Assembly: GCA_951406725.2 (NCBI GenBank) | Contig: OX597814.1 | Location: 61,318,001-61,382,000, forward strand | Reading direction: 5' to 3' | From: Octopus vulgaris | Lineage: Eukaryota | DNA length: 64,000 bases | In this document: positions 51,665 through 64,000 of the stretch, in pieces | Layout of the letters: each line of letters begins with the position of its first letter | Position numbering within the stretch: position 1 is the first letter of the stretch | Program-made: the position numbers and the translations under genes | Notes under the pieces: model-generated | Database searches by the model: none | What the model was told of the DNA's origin: nothing | What the model saw: only the letters and a program-made list of their open reading frames with translations

Positions 51665-52338
51665 CTATCTATCTATCCGCTCAGTCGAAGTCGACTCTCG
51701 GTTACTCGATGGATCAGTGTCCTCCAGTCAGTTCTATCCTGGGTCGCTTCTTTCAGATTGGCTATGTCCATTCCGGTATCACTCTTGATTGCATCAAGCC
51801 AGCGGGTTCTTGGTCGGCCTCTTCCTCTCTTGCTACTGACCATTCTGAGCATGATGTCCTTCTCCAGGGATTTTCTCTGCATAATATGACCAAAATATGC
51901 CAATCTATGCTTGGTAATCCTAGCTTCTAGCAACATTTTCGGCCTGATCTGCTTAAGAACTTCTCCATTGGTGAGCCTCGCTGTCCATGGAATCCGTAAA
52001 AGTCTTCTCCAACACCAAAGCTCGAATGCATTAATTCTCTTCTGGTCAGCTTTCTTTAGTGTCCAGGTCTCGCATCCATATGTTGCTATTGGGAAGACAA
52101 TTGCATTCACCAATCTGCATTTGGTAGCGAGTCTGATGTCTCTACTCTTCCAGATCTTGCTCATGCTGACCACTGCCTCTCTGCCTAGTACTATCCATCG
52201 TCTTATTTCTGGAGTGCAGTCATCATCTCGATTTATTTTGGAGCCAAGGAAGATGAAATCATCAACCACTTCGATCTCTTCATTATTGATCTTGATGCTG
52301 ATGTTTGTTGTGGCTGCTGTTGACATGATCTTCGTTTA
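51665..52338 (-). mobile_element. Young 5'-truncated RTE (BovB-like) LINE with 13-bp TSD
   Basis: Open 217-aa frame (EVVDDFIFLGSKI...YGCETWTL...AFELWCWRRLLRIPW...YFGHIM...GRGRPRTRW); TSD tagccaggcctat at 51652-51664 and 52339-52351; (GATA)n tail. Confidence 0.95.
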
Positions 52339-52699
52339 TAGCCAGGCCTATATCTATTGAAATTACTATGTTAGTAGTATGGAGAGATGGATACTAGTTT
52401 CACACTGGAATGGAACAGACACTAAACTAAACTCCTAATAATTCATCTTCATGACACATGCAATTTTCAGTAGGAACTATTTTTCTTCACTGGCTTGACA
52501 AAAACTTTTAGAAAAGGCTTAAATCTCATCATTTCTCTTTTGTTGGTTTAAGAAAAGTAAGGCTAAACTAGGAAAGCTGATGTAATCTCAAAGAGTGAAC
52601 CAAACCCTTGTAATTTATTAATATTTAATTTCTTGATCTCCTTGTGGAACATAAAGTTGTTATTAGGATATTTTGCTGTTCGTTTGTATTATTTATAAA

Positions 52700-54620
52700 T
52701 TTTACTCTAATCTTCTTCCTACTAATCACATAGGCAACAAATTACTTAATTTCTATCTTTAACCTGTCTCTGTTGTCTTAACTACAATCTATATCACAAC
52801 TTCTTTCTGAGAGGAAGCACATGCACTTACAAAGAACTCACTCTCCCAACTACTCTCATATCTTATCTGAGTATTAGCGAGAAAGGCTTCCAATTTCTCT
52901 GGCTTAAAGCCTTTCTTCCATTCTTCAAATTCCAACCACCAGACTTATCTCTAATCCAGCATAGATGACATCAATCATGACTCAACATGACCTTTCTTAG
53001 CTCTCTTATATATGAGTTGTTTGTTATTGTGACCCATCTACTCAAGTTATTATCATCCCTTATCTGCATCTCTGATCCAAACCTCTTATTTATATCCAAA
53101 CTCAGCTTTACATAGCCAATGCCATCTCTTCACCATCATGTTTGACTGCTACCTAAGCAAAGCAACCACTCCCATCTTCCTAACATACAACAACCTGTGC
53201 TCATTAAACCCTCTGGTACTACAAGTCAGCTAACTGGTCAAATCTGCAGCAATTCTGCACTTCCTACTTTTGGAAGCATCTCTGATCTATTTGAAATAAT
53301 TAAACCAGTGTCTAATACTATCCTACTATGCATGCTCTCTGACATTGCACACACAGCTAAAGCCCACAATATCTAAAGAGACAATTTACTTGCACCCACA
53401 AGGTAAAAAACACTATATTTGGAGAAAAACTTTCTGTAAAGTATGTAGAAGGTAAATTCTGAGCTAAGAAGTTAACCTAGTTTTAGTTACTATGTCACTA
53501 ATGTCTCTTTTGAGTCACATACATGCCCTAAGATTTGAAGCCCTGTCCATGAGATACCTTGTGGTTATCTAAATGTGTGAAATATGTCTCAAAGTGAGTG
53601 ACCACCAGTACAGCCTCTGTAGAAGTTAAATCTATCAGAAATTTGCTCTCTAAAGTCATACAAATGTGATCTTTCGTCTTTCTGAATTTTAGTAAATGTA
53701 ATTTTACTGCTCTTTGACATTAGCAAAGCCTGTAACTGTGTCTGGCATGTAAACCTCTCAGTTCTCAGCTCATAGATTGAAAGTTTTCTATAACATCACT
53801 ATAATCTGCTGATAAGTCTCCTTCTAACACATTCAATTAATTCTATTGTAATCAAAAATTTGGTTATGTTTCTGGTACTCTTCTTTCAATTTATAAATGG
53901 TCTATTTTTGCCATCATTTCTAGCAACACAAATTCTTATTCAGTAGCCACCCTTAACTTTTTATATCTAACTTAGATGCTTTATATTAAAAGGGTAAAGA
54001 CTTCCTTCAATCATGAATAACCATGGGATTACACATAGCTTAAATGCTTTATACTAAAAGGCTAAAGACCTCCTACGGTCATGAATGATCATGGGATTGC
54101 ACCTAGAAAGTTGCCCTTTGAGGCACAAGTCCAGGCAAAGTTGTTTATGGAAGACCAGCAGTCGACCATGCATACCAGTCTCCCCTCTCCATGCCACCAA
54201 TGTTGCCCAAGGGAAAAGCAAAGACTGATACAGCTTGGCACCAGTGATGTTGCAACTCATTTCTACAGTTGAGTGTACTGGAGCAACATGAAATAAAATG
54301 TCTTGCTGAAGAATACAATACACGGCCTGGTCCAGGAATCAAAGTCACTACCTCATGACTGCAAGCCCAACACTCTAACCACTGAGCTTTGTGCCTTCAC
54401 TGTAGATGCTTTATACTAGTCCTGCACTATTTCAATTAATGGAGGTCTCAATAGAACTTTTCAAACAAAGGCATGACAACCTAGTCTCTGTCAACAATAG
54501 AAAGACAATTACTACACTTAACAAAGAAACACTGAACCTAAACCCTCAAAATGGCTACAAAGATTAGGTCCCAGAATTTTTGATGAAGACTTCCAAATCT
54601 AAGTCTTGTAAAAACTTAGT
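52700..54620 (+). pseudogene. Highly decayed CR1/Jockey-like LINE
   Basis: Remnant LFDISKACNCVWH (ALDISKAFDRVWH-like) near 53710; interrupted by a SINE; limits approximate. Confidence 0.5.
54057..54400 (-). mobile_element. tRNA-derived SINE family C; other copies at ~57170-57505 and, related, ~62860-63165
   Basis: Minus head gaaggcacaaagctcagtggttagagtgttgggc...gactttgattcctggacc, body ttgctccagtacactcaactgtagaaatgagt. Confidence 0.85.
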
Positions 54621-55280
54621 TTCCTCTTCTGAGCAATAAAATATCCATCATTTGTCAATGAGGGTTCAGTGGTTCAGTAAACAGGATTATCTGTTCCTGA
54701 ATAAACATGTAAGTAGCTGAGTATTCCACAGACATGTCAAACTTTAAACTCTTTAGCATTTAAATTATTCTGCCAAATGTAAAGCTTATTTATTCAGTGT
54801 TTTGCATATAACATGCATTATCTTGGAGCTTCAAAATTTCAATGATGTGATTATTTACTTTAGAATGAGATTGTAGAGTAGGTGTGAGAGGTCACATCTA
54901 GTCAGTTTAAGTGTCAAAGGGTTAACGTAATTCTCACATGAAATCAGTGTGACATTGTGTGTTACGGTTGTGCCTTTTGAATTACTGTTACAAACCACCG
55001 GGCTTCTACATAATTTCACTCGTGAGGTAGGGTCGGCCTAAGGCTATAGAAAATGATATTTGTCTAAGATTCCATGATGTGGGAATGAATCTGAGACCTG
55101 GTGGTTGCAAAGCAAGCTTCTTAACTATTTGGCCATTCATCACCAATGGTATCATATGTAACGTATACTAATCCTAATCTACTCAATAAATACAAAACTA
55201 AATATTTCTCTTTATCTTTTCCTTTTAGAATTGGATCTTGGAACTGTCTTGAGTGCCATACATTGTTTATTTGTTTAAGG

Positions 55281-55921
55281 TAGTGTTTCTCAATCATTTT
55301 TTAACTATGAACTCCTTTGATTCCTATTTTAAACAGATGAGCTCCCCTGGCTATTCAGTGTTTAAAAATTCTTTTATATTTTTATCATTAAATATTATTC
55401 TTTTACTTGTTTCAGTCATTTGGCTGTGGCCATGCTGCAGTACTGCCTTAAAGGATTTTCTTAGTTGAAGAAATCAACCCCTGGACTTATTCTTTGTAAG
55501 CCTGGTACTTATTTATCAGTTTCTTTTGTTGAACTGCTAAGTTACAGCGATGTAGTACACCAGCATCAGTTGTCAAGTGATGGTAGCAGGACAAACACAG
55601 ACACAAGGATACACATAAATATATATATATATATATGACAGGCTTCTTCCAGTTTCCATTGACCAAATTCACTCACAAGGCTTTGATCAGTGTGAGGCTA
55701 TAGTAGAAGACACTTGCCCAAGGTGCCACACAATGATTCTGAACATGGAATCATGTGACTGAGGAACAAACTTCTTACCACACAGCCATGCCTGTGCCTA
55801 TTAGGAATTGTATTAAAAAATTGTTAAAATACTTTGAGAATCGTAGAAGTATAGCAAATTTATTACAGACAAATTTTAATAACAAAATTTTATATGGATG
55901 GACCCTGCTTGAGAACCACTG
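55281..55921. mobile_element. hAT-like MITE with a nested family A SINE (~55396-55800, -)
   Basis: TIRs tagtgtttctcaa ... ttgagaaccactg; flanking 8-mers gtttaagg / gcttaggg (6/8) fit a decayed 8-bp TSD. Confidence 0.8.
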
Positions 55922-56369
55922 GCTTAGGGCTTAGATAGAGGAGAAAGGAAAGTGTCTATGCTCTTTTATGACCCTTCAAGACTTCTAGGAGGGAGGGTGT
56001 AAGTCATCCTCACACTGAAACACTGGTTTAAATGCTTGCAACAGAATGGATTCTTTAAAGGTTCCTGGGGGTCAGGGGATGCTATAAAACTGAGAGAATG
56101 GATTAAGCCTACACCCCAAAACAAAAACTGCCTCCAAATTTCATTAAGAAGGTTTGGGTCCACCTTAAGCTATGTTACAAAACTCTTGCACAATGTGCCT
56201 TGCAATGGTATTGAAAGCAATTCACATAAATACAAAATGAACATCTAAATGAGACAGTCATGCTTGCATCTAAATACTATTCCCTCCCAAACAATAAATT
56301 TTCTAACATTTCAAATAAAACATTAACTTCATCAACCTCACTTCTAGTGCTTGTTTTTTGAATTGCATA

Positions 56370-56575
56370 ATTCTTTCTACCATGGGCACAAGGCCTGAAA
56401 TGTTGAGGGAGGAGGCTAGTCAATTATATTAGGCCCAGTACTCAAAGGGTGCATAATTTATTGACCCAGGAAAGATGAAAGGCAAAGTTGATCTTGATGG
56501 AATTTGGATCCAGAACATAAAGCCAAAAGCCGTTTAGCATTTTGTCCAACTTGCTAATGATTCTGCCAACTCACT
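56370..56575 (-). mobile_element. SINE family B
   Basis: aagatgaaaggcaaagttgatc...ttctgccaactcac. Confidence 0.8.
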
Positions 56576-58759
56576 GACTTGCTTTGAACTAAATAATACA
56601 TTAAAATTAAAAAACAACTCGCTTCAGGTATGTTCAAGTTAACAAAGTAGTTGCTATGTAGATGTTCAATTTCCTAGAAATAAGTCTGGATATCTATAAA
56701 AAAATTATACTACAATATCTTTAAAAAAAGTAAAAAAAAAAAGAGTGGCTAATTTAGTTGTTTATGCACAGCATCTGATAAAGGTGTGTAGTTTAGTAGG
56801 TAGAGTGTTGGACTCATGATCATAAGATCATGGGTTCATTTCCTAGACCTGACTTTGTCATACATTGCTTCAGTCCACTCAGTTGATGACAAGTACCAGT
56901 AGCAGCTGGGGATTAACTATGCAATAGACTGCTATTTTATTCAGCAATGGATTTTGTACTGTTTCATTCACTTAATGTTTCAGAAAATGGGACACAGGCC
57001 TAATGATTCTGAAGACTGAAGATAGACTTTTATTATTTTATATCACATCTAAAATAAAGAAAAAAAAGAAAAAAGAAAAGAAAAGAGTCATAGTTAGCAA
57101 ACTTTTGATCATAGCATTCTTTAATCTCAGGGCTACATACATACATACATACATATATACATATATATATATGACCCCCTTCAGTCATGGATGACCATGG
57201 GATTGCACTTAGAAAGTTCCCCTCCGAGGCACAAGTTCGGGCAAGGTTATTTATAGAAGACCAGCAGTCGCCCATACATACCAGCTACCCGTCTCCATAC
57301 TACCAATGTTATCCAAAGGAAAGGCAAAGGCCAATACAGCTTGGCACCAGTGACATTACAACTCATTTCTACAGCTGAGTGAACTGAAGCAACATGAAAG
57401 AAAGTGCCTTGCTCAAGAACACAACACAGAGCCCAGTTCTGGAACTGAACTCATTATCTCATGATTGTGAGCCCAACGCTCTAACCACCTGAGCCATGTG
57501 CCTTCAGGACTGACCCAGTATTAACCGACAACTACAACAATAGTTAATTTGCTATTGTAAGATTAACTCTTTAGCATTTAAACCAATCATATCTGGCTCA
57601 AATATTCGACCTGTTTTATGTTCAAACTGGCTAGATCTGGCCTCTCACACCTACCCTACAATGTTGTTCTAAAAATAGTGAATGACGTTGTGGAAATCTC
57701 AAAAGCATGAAGCCAGGCATGATTAATTCAAAACAATATGAATAAATATCCATCATGCTTGACAGAATAATCTGATTGTTAAAAGGTTAAAGGAGCAGTT
57801 AGTTACAAACACTGGTGGTGAACATACATTGTTATTTGTAGCAAACTATCTGAATAGATACTAAGGTTTAAAAAAAAACCACCTTAAAATAACAAATGAC
57901 TATCTGTATGGTTGCTACTGTTGTTTATGTAGTCCATGGTCAGCTCTAATCAAGCAGATCTATGACCATAAGCGATGCCCCCATGAATATCCTGTCTTCT
58001 GCTTTTCTTTTTTTCAAGCAAACTTTCCGATGTATCTTTTCTATTTTGAAGACAGTAAAGTGTGGTTTGGGAGATATTTGGTTGCTATTTCTAGCAGCTT
58101 GAACAACCATACAGAGGTTCAATTTTCTTATACAGAAAAATATTACAAATATTATAGCAAGCAAACCCATATGCACACACACAAAATACATATACAAAGC
58201 ACATAGATGTGCATACACACACACACACACACAAATACAGTCACAAATGCATGTGCAGATAAGGATAAGCATCATAGAGAGACAGAATGGACTAAACAGA
58301 ACAGGAAGAAACACGTGGATGGAAGAGTTGCTGAAGAGATCACAGATGTGTGATGAAAGATTTCCAGACAATAGACATAAGATAAAATAAGACAATAATA
58401 AATGAGTGAAGAATTAACAAATAGTGTGTGTTTATTTGGCAAGAAAAAAAATGACCATCCCAAAATATAAGAAAAATATTAAATGTTTTATAAGAGAACA
58501 AAACAAGTTTGAGTTCATCTACAGATGGAACCAATTAATTTTTATTATGAGTTTAATGTTGTTTAAAGTAAGCAAATATGCAGATGAATCTAAAAATAAT
58601 GAACGACAATCTAAAGTTTGCTAAATGAGATATTTAATTGGACAATTAAGTCTATGAAAAATTAATTCCTGCCAGAATTGATAGAGTGCAATGGAGACAT
58701 TCTTAAGAAATGTAAATTTATTTCTTGTGTTTCATTGACTTTCGTTTCTGTCTTTCTTA

Positions 58760-59660
58760 TATCATCATCATCGTTTAACGTCCGTTCTCCATGCTAGCAT
58801 GGGTTGGATGGTTCGACTGGGGATCTGGGAAGCCAGGAGGCTGCACCAGGCTCCAGTCTGATCTGGCATTGTTTCTACAGCTGGATGCCCTTCCTAACGC
58901 CAACCACTCCGTGAGTGTAGTGGGTGCTTTTTACGTGCCACCTGCACAGGTGTCAGGTGAGGCTGGCAACAGCCATGATCGGATTGGTGCATTTTACGTG
59001 CCACCAGCACGGAAGCCAGCCGAGGCGGCACTGGCATCGGCCACAATTCAGAGGGTGATTTTCACGTGCCACCGGCATGGAAGCCAGTCGAGGTGACGCT
59101 GGCATCGGCCACGATTCGGATAGCGCTTTTTACGTGCCACCAGCACAGAAGCCAGTCTAGGCGGCGCTGGCATCGACCACCTACAGATGGTGCTATTTAC
59201 ATGCCACCGGCTCAGGGATCACAACTGCAGTTTCCATTGATTTTGATGTCAGTGTACTTGACTTAATGGATCTCCTCAAGCACAGGGTCGAAATGGTGTT
59301 TCTTCACTTGCCACCTGCACAGGAGTCAGTCCAGCGGTCCTGGCAACTGCCGGGTGCCAGTCATAGGATTGGTTCAATTTCGATTTCACTTGCCCCAACA
59401 GGTCTTCGCAATCAGAGTTTAGTGTCCAATGAAGGGGGGTTGGCATGGGTGCCTGTCATCGGATGAGGTTCGATTTCGACTTCGCTTGCCTCAACAGGTC
59501 TTTGTGTGTCCAAGGGAGGAAAGACATGCATAAGTGGGTTGGACTCACTTGTCCTGCCTGGTCTTCTCACACACAGCATATTTCCAAAGATCTCGGTCGC
59601 TGGTCATTGCCTCGGTGAGGCCTAAAGTTCGAAGGTCGTGCTTCACCACTTCGTCCCAGT
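58760..59660 (-). mobile_element. RTE LINE 3' end with five tandem units, extra UTR and ORF terminus
   Basis: Diagnostic tail; gtgccacc units at 58935-59210; minus encodes WDEVVKHDLRTLGLTEAMTSDRDLWKYAV near 59570-59658. Confidence 0.9.
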
Positions 59661-59819
59661 AATATTTTAAGTAAAAAGTTTGTTGTCTGTACTTAACCAG
59701 ATGTAATAACTTGTCCTAAACTTTTCCAAGTGTAATAACCTGTCCTGTAATTTTCCAGGTTTATAATCTTAAGAATATTATTTCCCTTGCTCACATTTTT
59801 TCATATAATATAGTATGGG

Positions 59820-59895
59820 AGTATGGGTCATAACTGATGGAGAACGTTCCAGCTCATTTTCAATCAGTGCTGGTGTAAAACAGGGTGCTATCTTT
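59820..59895 (+). pseudogene. Short non-LTR RT fragment
   Basis: VITDGERSSSFSISAGVKQGAIF (RT motif B), cut by a family A SINE tail. Confidence 0.55.
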
Positions 59896-60171
59896 TATAT
59901 TTTACCTTTTACTTGTTTCAGTCATTAGACTGTAACCATGCTGGGACATTATGGTGGTGGAGGACAAACACAGACACAAACAACAAATACACATGCATAT
60001 GTGTATGTATATATGTGGGTCAAAACAGTTTAATTCAAACTTGTTGGTACTCGAACTTTTAAGCATGATGCTAGTCTTCAACCATTTTGAATTTGAATGA
60101 AAGCAGTTGATTGATATATCTGTAAGGTGGGCTGCAATTGGTTGATGAAGTTCACGCAGTGTTGTAGTTTG

Positions 60172-60231
<60 letters not shown>

Positions 60232-62075
60232 AAAGAAGCCCATTATATATATATATATATAAACATGTATGTAAATATATATACAAAAACAGCCATACCA
60301 ACAATGCAACATACTTCCATCATCAGCTGCTTCATGGATATCATTGTGGTTTCAACACCTGGGCAGTACCATTCAATCCGGCAGTGTCAACAGCACTAAA
60401 ATAAGTATTGTTTGGGAACAAAGATACTAAAGAAACCACAACTTTTAAACACATTTACCCTGTATACATATGCACACACACACACATATATATATATATA
60501 CACACACACACACATATATATACACACACACACATATATATACACACACACATACATAGACACACACATGCATATATATATATGATGGGATTCTTTCTGT
60601 TTCTCTCTACCAAATCCACTCATGGCTTTGGTTGGCACAAGACATTTGACCAAGGTACCGTGTAGTGGGATTGAATCCAGAATCATGTGGTTGGGAAGCA
60701 AACTTCTTACCACATAGCCACTCTATTTTCCTTTTATTTTGCAACAGTTCTGTTTCTTTTTTCAATTGTTTTTAAGAGACTGCACTGAATGTATTTATAA
60801 ATATTACCCAATAACTGATAAGTTATTCAATAGCAAATGGCTTAATTCTAAATTACACAATTTTGTATCTCTACAAAAGAGAACTCTTGAATGATAATGA
60901 CTATGATATTATCTCACACAATGATAAAAATTATGGATAGAATTTCATTGGAATGTAGCATGTTAGGCCACACTATAAATCTTCATAAAACTGTTCTTTA
61001 TCAGCTCTGCTATGAAAAAGCTCATGTGGATCGTAAATATAATGATTATATAGTAAAACTTTGAAAAATATATCTTCCTTAAAATATCTTGGCCTCAAAG
61101 ATGCAAATCTTCATGAAGCTGTAAATAGAATTCTGAAGTCATGGATATCTTTTGGAGAATTACAATCTTGGCTATAGTCTCAATGATATACAAAATACTA
61201 GCTGAGTAGTCTGTCGTTGTTGGGCAATTTTCACAACAGAATGCTTTTATTTCAGTTATTTTCATTCTAGGTCAGACCATGTCTTCCTCAGCAGATAGGA
61301 TCCTTAATCAGGAAAGATTTCTGTATTATTTGGGGAAATTTATAGTGTCTTCGTAAATGAAGCTTTTTTTGTTTTTCCATTTGGTAAACCAGCGTAAACC
61401 AGCAACCAACATTGTTTGCCCTTGTGATTTGTTGATGGTCATAACAAAACTAAGAATCATTGCAAACTGGAGTCATTTGAATTGAATTGGGACATCATCT
61501 CCAGAGTCTGTGCAATGGAGGCTCTTGTGTGCTTATCATCCAATTAATGCATCCTATGCTCAGGTGTCTTCTGAAACCATGTGATGGAGGCTTGTGTTTG
61601 CATATCATCAAATCCTTTCCTCTTTTTAGGTGTCTCCTGAGCTTGCTAACTGATGCTTTGTGATCCTATCACTCTAATGAAATTCCTTACACACATGCAT
61701 GTACACACACTCATACACACAGATACACACACTCAGCATGGGAGATATACATAACTAGAGAAAGGGTGAGAGAGAGGGAAAAGTTTACATTGAGAAAAGT
61801 GTAAAAGACAGTGAGAGACATAGAGAGAAATGCATAGATCGACATGTTCATCTCCTGTGACTGACTTGCATTACATGTCATATCAAAAGAAAGGGGCGGA
61901 TGCAGCATGCATTAGAGGTATATACATAGAGAAAGAGAGAGAGAGAGAGTGAGAGTGTGGTAATCATATATATATATAGAGAGGGGAAAAGCATATAAGA
62001 CAGAGTGAGACAAATAGACAGATAGAGAGAGGTAGATAGACAGTTATAAGAAGCAACACACACACACACATGCAT

Positions 62076-62149
62076 ACACTCAAGTAATCATGAGTTTAAG
62101 TACATTCAAGTAATCATGAGTTTAAGTACACTCAAGTAATCATGAGTTT
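62076..62149. repeat. 26-bp tandem repeat, ~2.8 copies
   Basis: acactcaagtaatcatgagtttaagt repeated. Confidence 0.9.
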
Positions 62150-64000
62150 GTGGCTTCTAAAAACATTCAACATTGGCAATCTGGAAGTGATCTCTCATAG
62201 CAAATTATGTTTTTTGATGATTACTAATAACCAGAAACCTTCTCCTTGGGACTCAGATTTTGAAAATCAAATCCGTTTTTGTTTGGGACACATTGTTTCA
62301 GAACCTTTTGGTGACACACATATATACATATACACAAACATTCTTGTTTATATAGTAGATGACACTACAATAACTATTTTCAAAACATGAATATTGTATA
62401 ATCTATTGTATGACTCTGGCACTTGAACATTATAATCAAAATTTGTTCAAAAGTTGGAATATTTTAAGCAAATGGTGAAATATTGCGACGAAATTTGTCA
62501 TACAGAAAATGAAGGGTGTGCAACTAAAGTAGTAGGATTAGAAAGACAATGCATAAGAGCAGCATGGAAGAAAGAGAGCAAAGGAAGCTATGGTGGAGCA
62601 TACTGTGGAAATTGGAGCCAGCTAGGTTGTATTTTTTTCAAAGAGCAGTGTATGATATGCTTCCATCCTTAGGATTAGATGATTGGGTGGAGTGACATTG
62701 ATTATCATCAGCATGGAGATAATGCGTAATTAGTGTGTGTTCTGGTAGCTTACTAGTCAGTCCCAGCAGAATATGCTTGGTGGCATAACCAAGACTTGAG
62801 TCCCCTTGTCAAGCAGTAAAACAACAATGCACCAGTATCAGCCTGGCTCTCTGTCAGTTATGGCAATGAGGGTTCCAGATGATTCAATCAACAGAACGGC
62901 CTGCGCATGAAATTAACATGAAAGTGGCTGAGCACTCCACAGACATGTGTACCATTAATGTAATTCTCAGGGAGAGTCAGTATGACTGTGTGTGACAAGG
63001 CTGGCCTTTTTGAATTACAGGTATAACTCATTTTTTCCAGCTGAGTGGATTGGAGTAATGAGAAATAAAGTGCCTTGCTCAAGGACACAATGCACTGCCA
63101 GGAATTGAACTCACAATCTTACAATTGTGAGCCAAATACCCTAAATGCTAAGTCACATGCCTTCACAACAATGCAACTCAATATTAAGTTGCACCTTCCA
63201 CTCAGGTCAACTTTACCTTTCGTCCTTTCAGAGCTCAATAAAATAAGTGCCAGTTGATCATTGGATTGATGTAATCGACTTACCCATCACCCCAAATTGG
63301 TGGTCTTGTGCCAAAAATTTAAAACCAATATTAAGTTACACCTTGATGCTTTCCAAAAGGATAGCAAGACAGGACAATGCAAGAACATAAAAAAAAAAAA
63401 GAAATTTGAAATCCAGATTTCTGAATAGTAGTAATAACTGAAAAGTGCCAGAGGATTTGAAGGAAATGCTAGTATAACTAATATATTCTAATAATGAAGC
63501 AGCATACTGACATTATGGGATGATATGACTTGTGAATTGACAAAAGATATCCTGATTGTTGAGTTACTAAGTACACTGGAAGGCGATGTGAAAGTGGGCT
63601 CACAAAAGGAAGAGCCTAAAATATGAAGAACTTAGGGAATTGCATGTGGCATGAGAATAGCAATGTATAGTACTTCCTGTAAAAGTGGTATGTTGTAGTT
63701 TTGTAGCTAAATGTACAATGTCCTGTTTGATTAATATTGGATTTCAGAAGGGTGGCAGAGCAGTTTATTCTATGAATTGGAGATAGAAGCAGAAGCTGCT
63801 TTCTCATGAATGTAGCAGAGGCATATGAATGGAAGACCAAAGAGCTAAGAAAGCAGAGGTAAGTAAAAGGAAGAGCAATGCTAAGAAAAAACTTCAGTAA
63901 ATAGCAAAGTATGTTTGAAGAGGTTACAGTTACACCATCTTATGTAGTAGCTGCATGGATGATGGAGGGATGAAGCATGATACAGTGTAGGTCAAAAGAA

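Overview
AT-rich, repeat-saturated eukaryotic genomic DNA. The SINE, RTE and microsatellite repertoire resembles an Octopus (coleoid cephalopod) genome; this is inferred from recalled repeat families, not from a search. No intact host protein-coding gene is supported: most listed ORFs are microsatellite or repeat artefacts. The window holds layered retroelement fossils (CRE-like, RTE, CR1/Jockey-like, Penelope, four tRNA-derived SINE families, a solo Gypsy-type LTR), DNA-transposon fossils (maT/mariner, pogo-like, hAT and piggyBac MITEs) and a 28S rRNA fragment. The most interesting signal is a set of minimal type I hammerhead-ribozyme motifs of the Penelope-associated kind. One has an intact-looking core (32604-32660, minus). 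Others lie in divergent inverted pairs, and one is fused to a tRNA-like Pol III head, making a candidate hammerhead-carrying SINE/retrozyme (41881-42405). Also notable: a variable-number structured ~60-bp repeat in an RTE 3' UTR, a twin-priming-like inverted Penelope, and a templated-insertion repair scar. All alignments and folds were done by eye.
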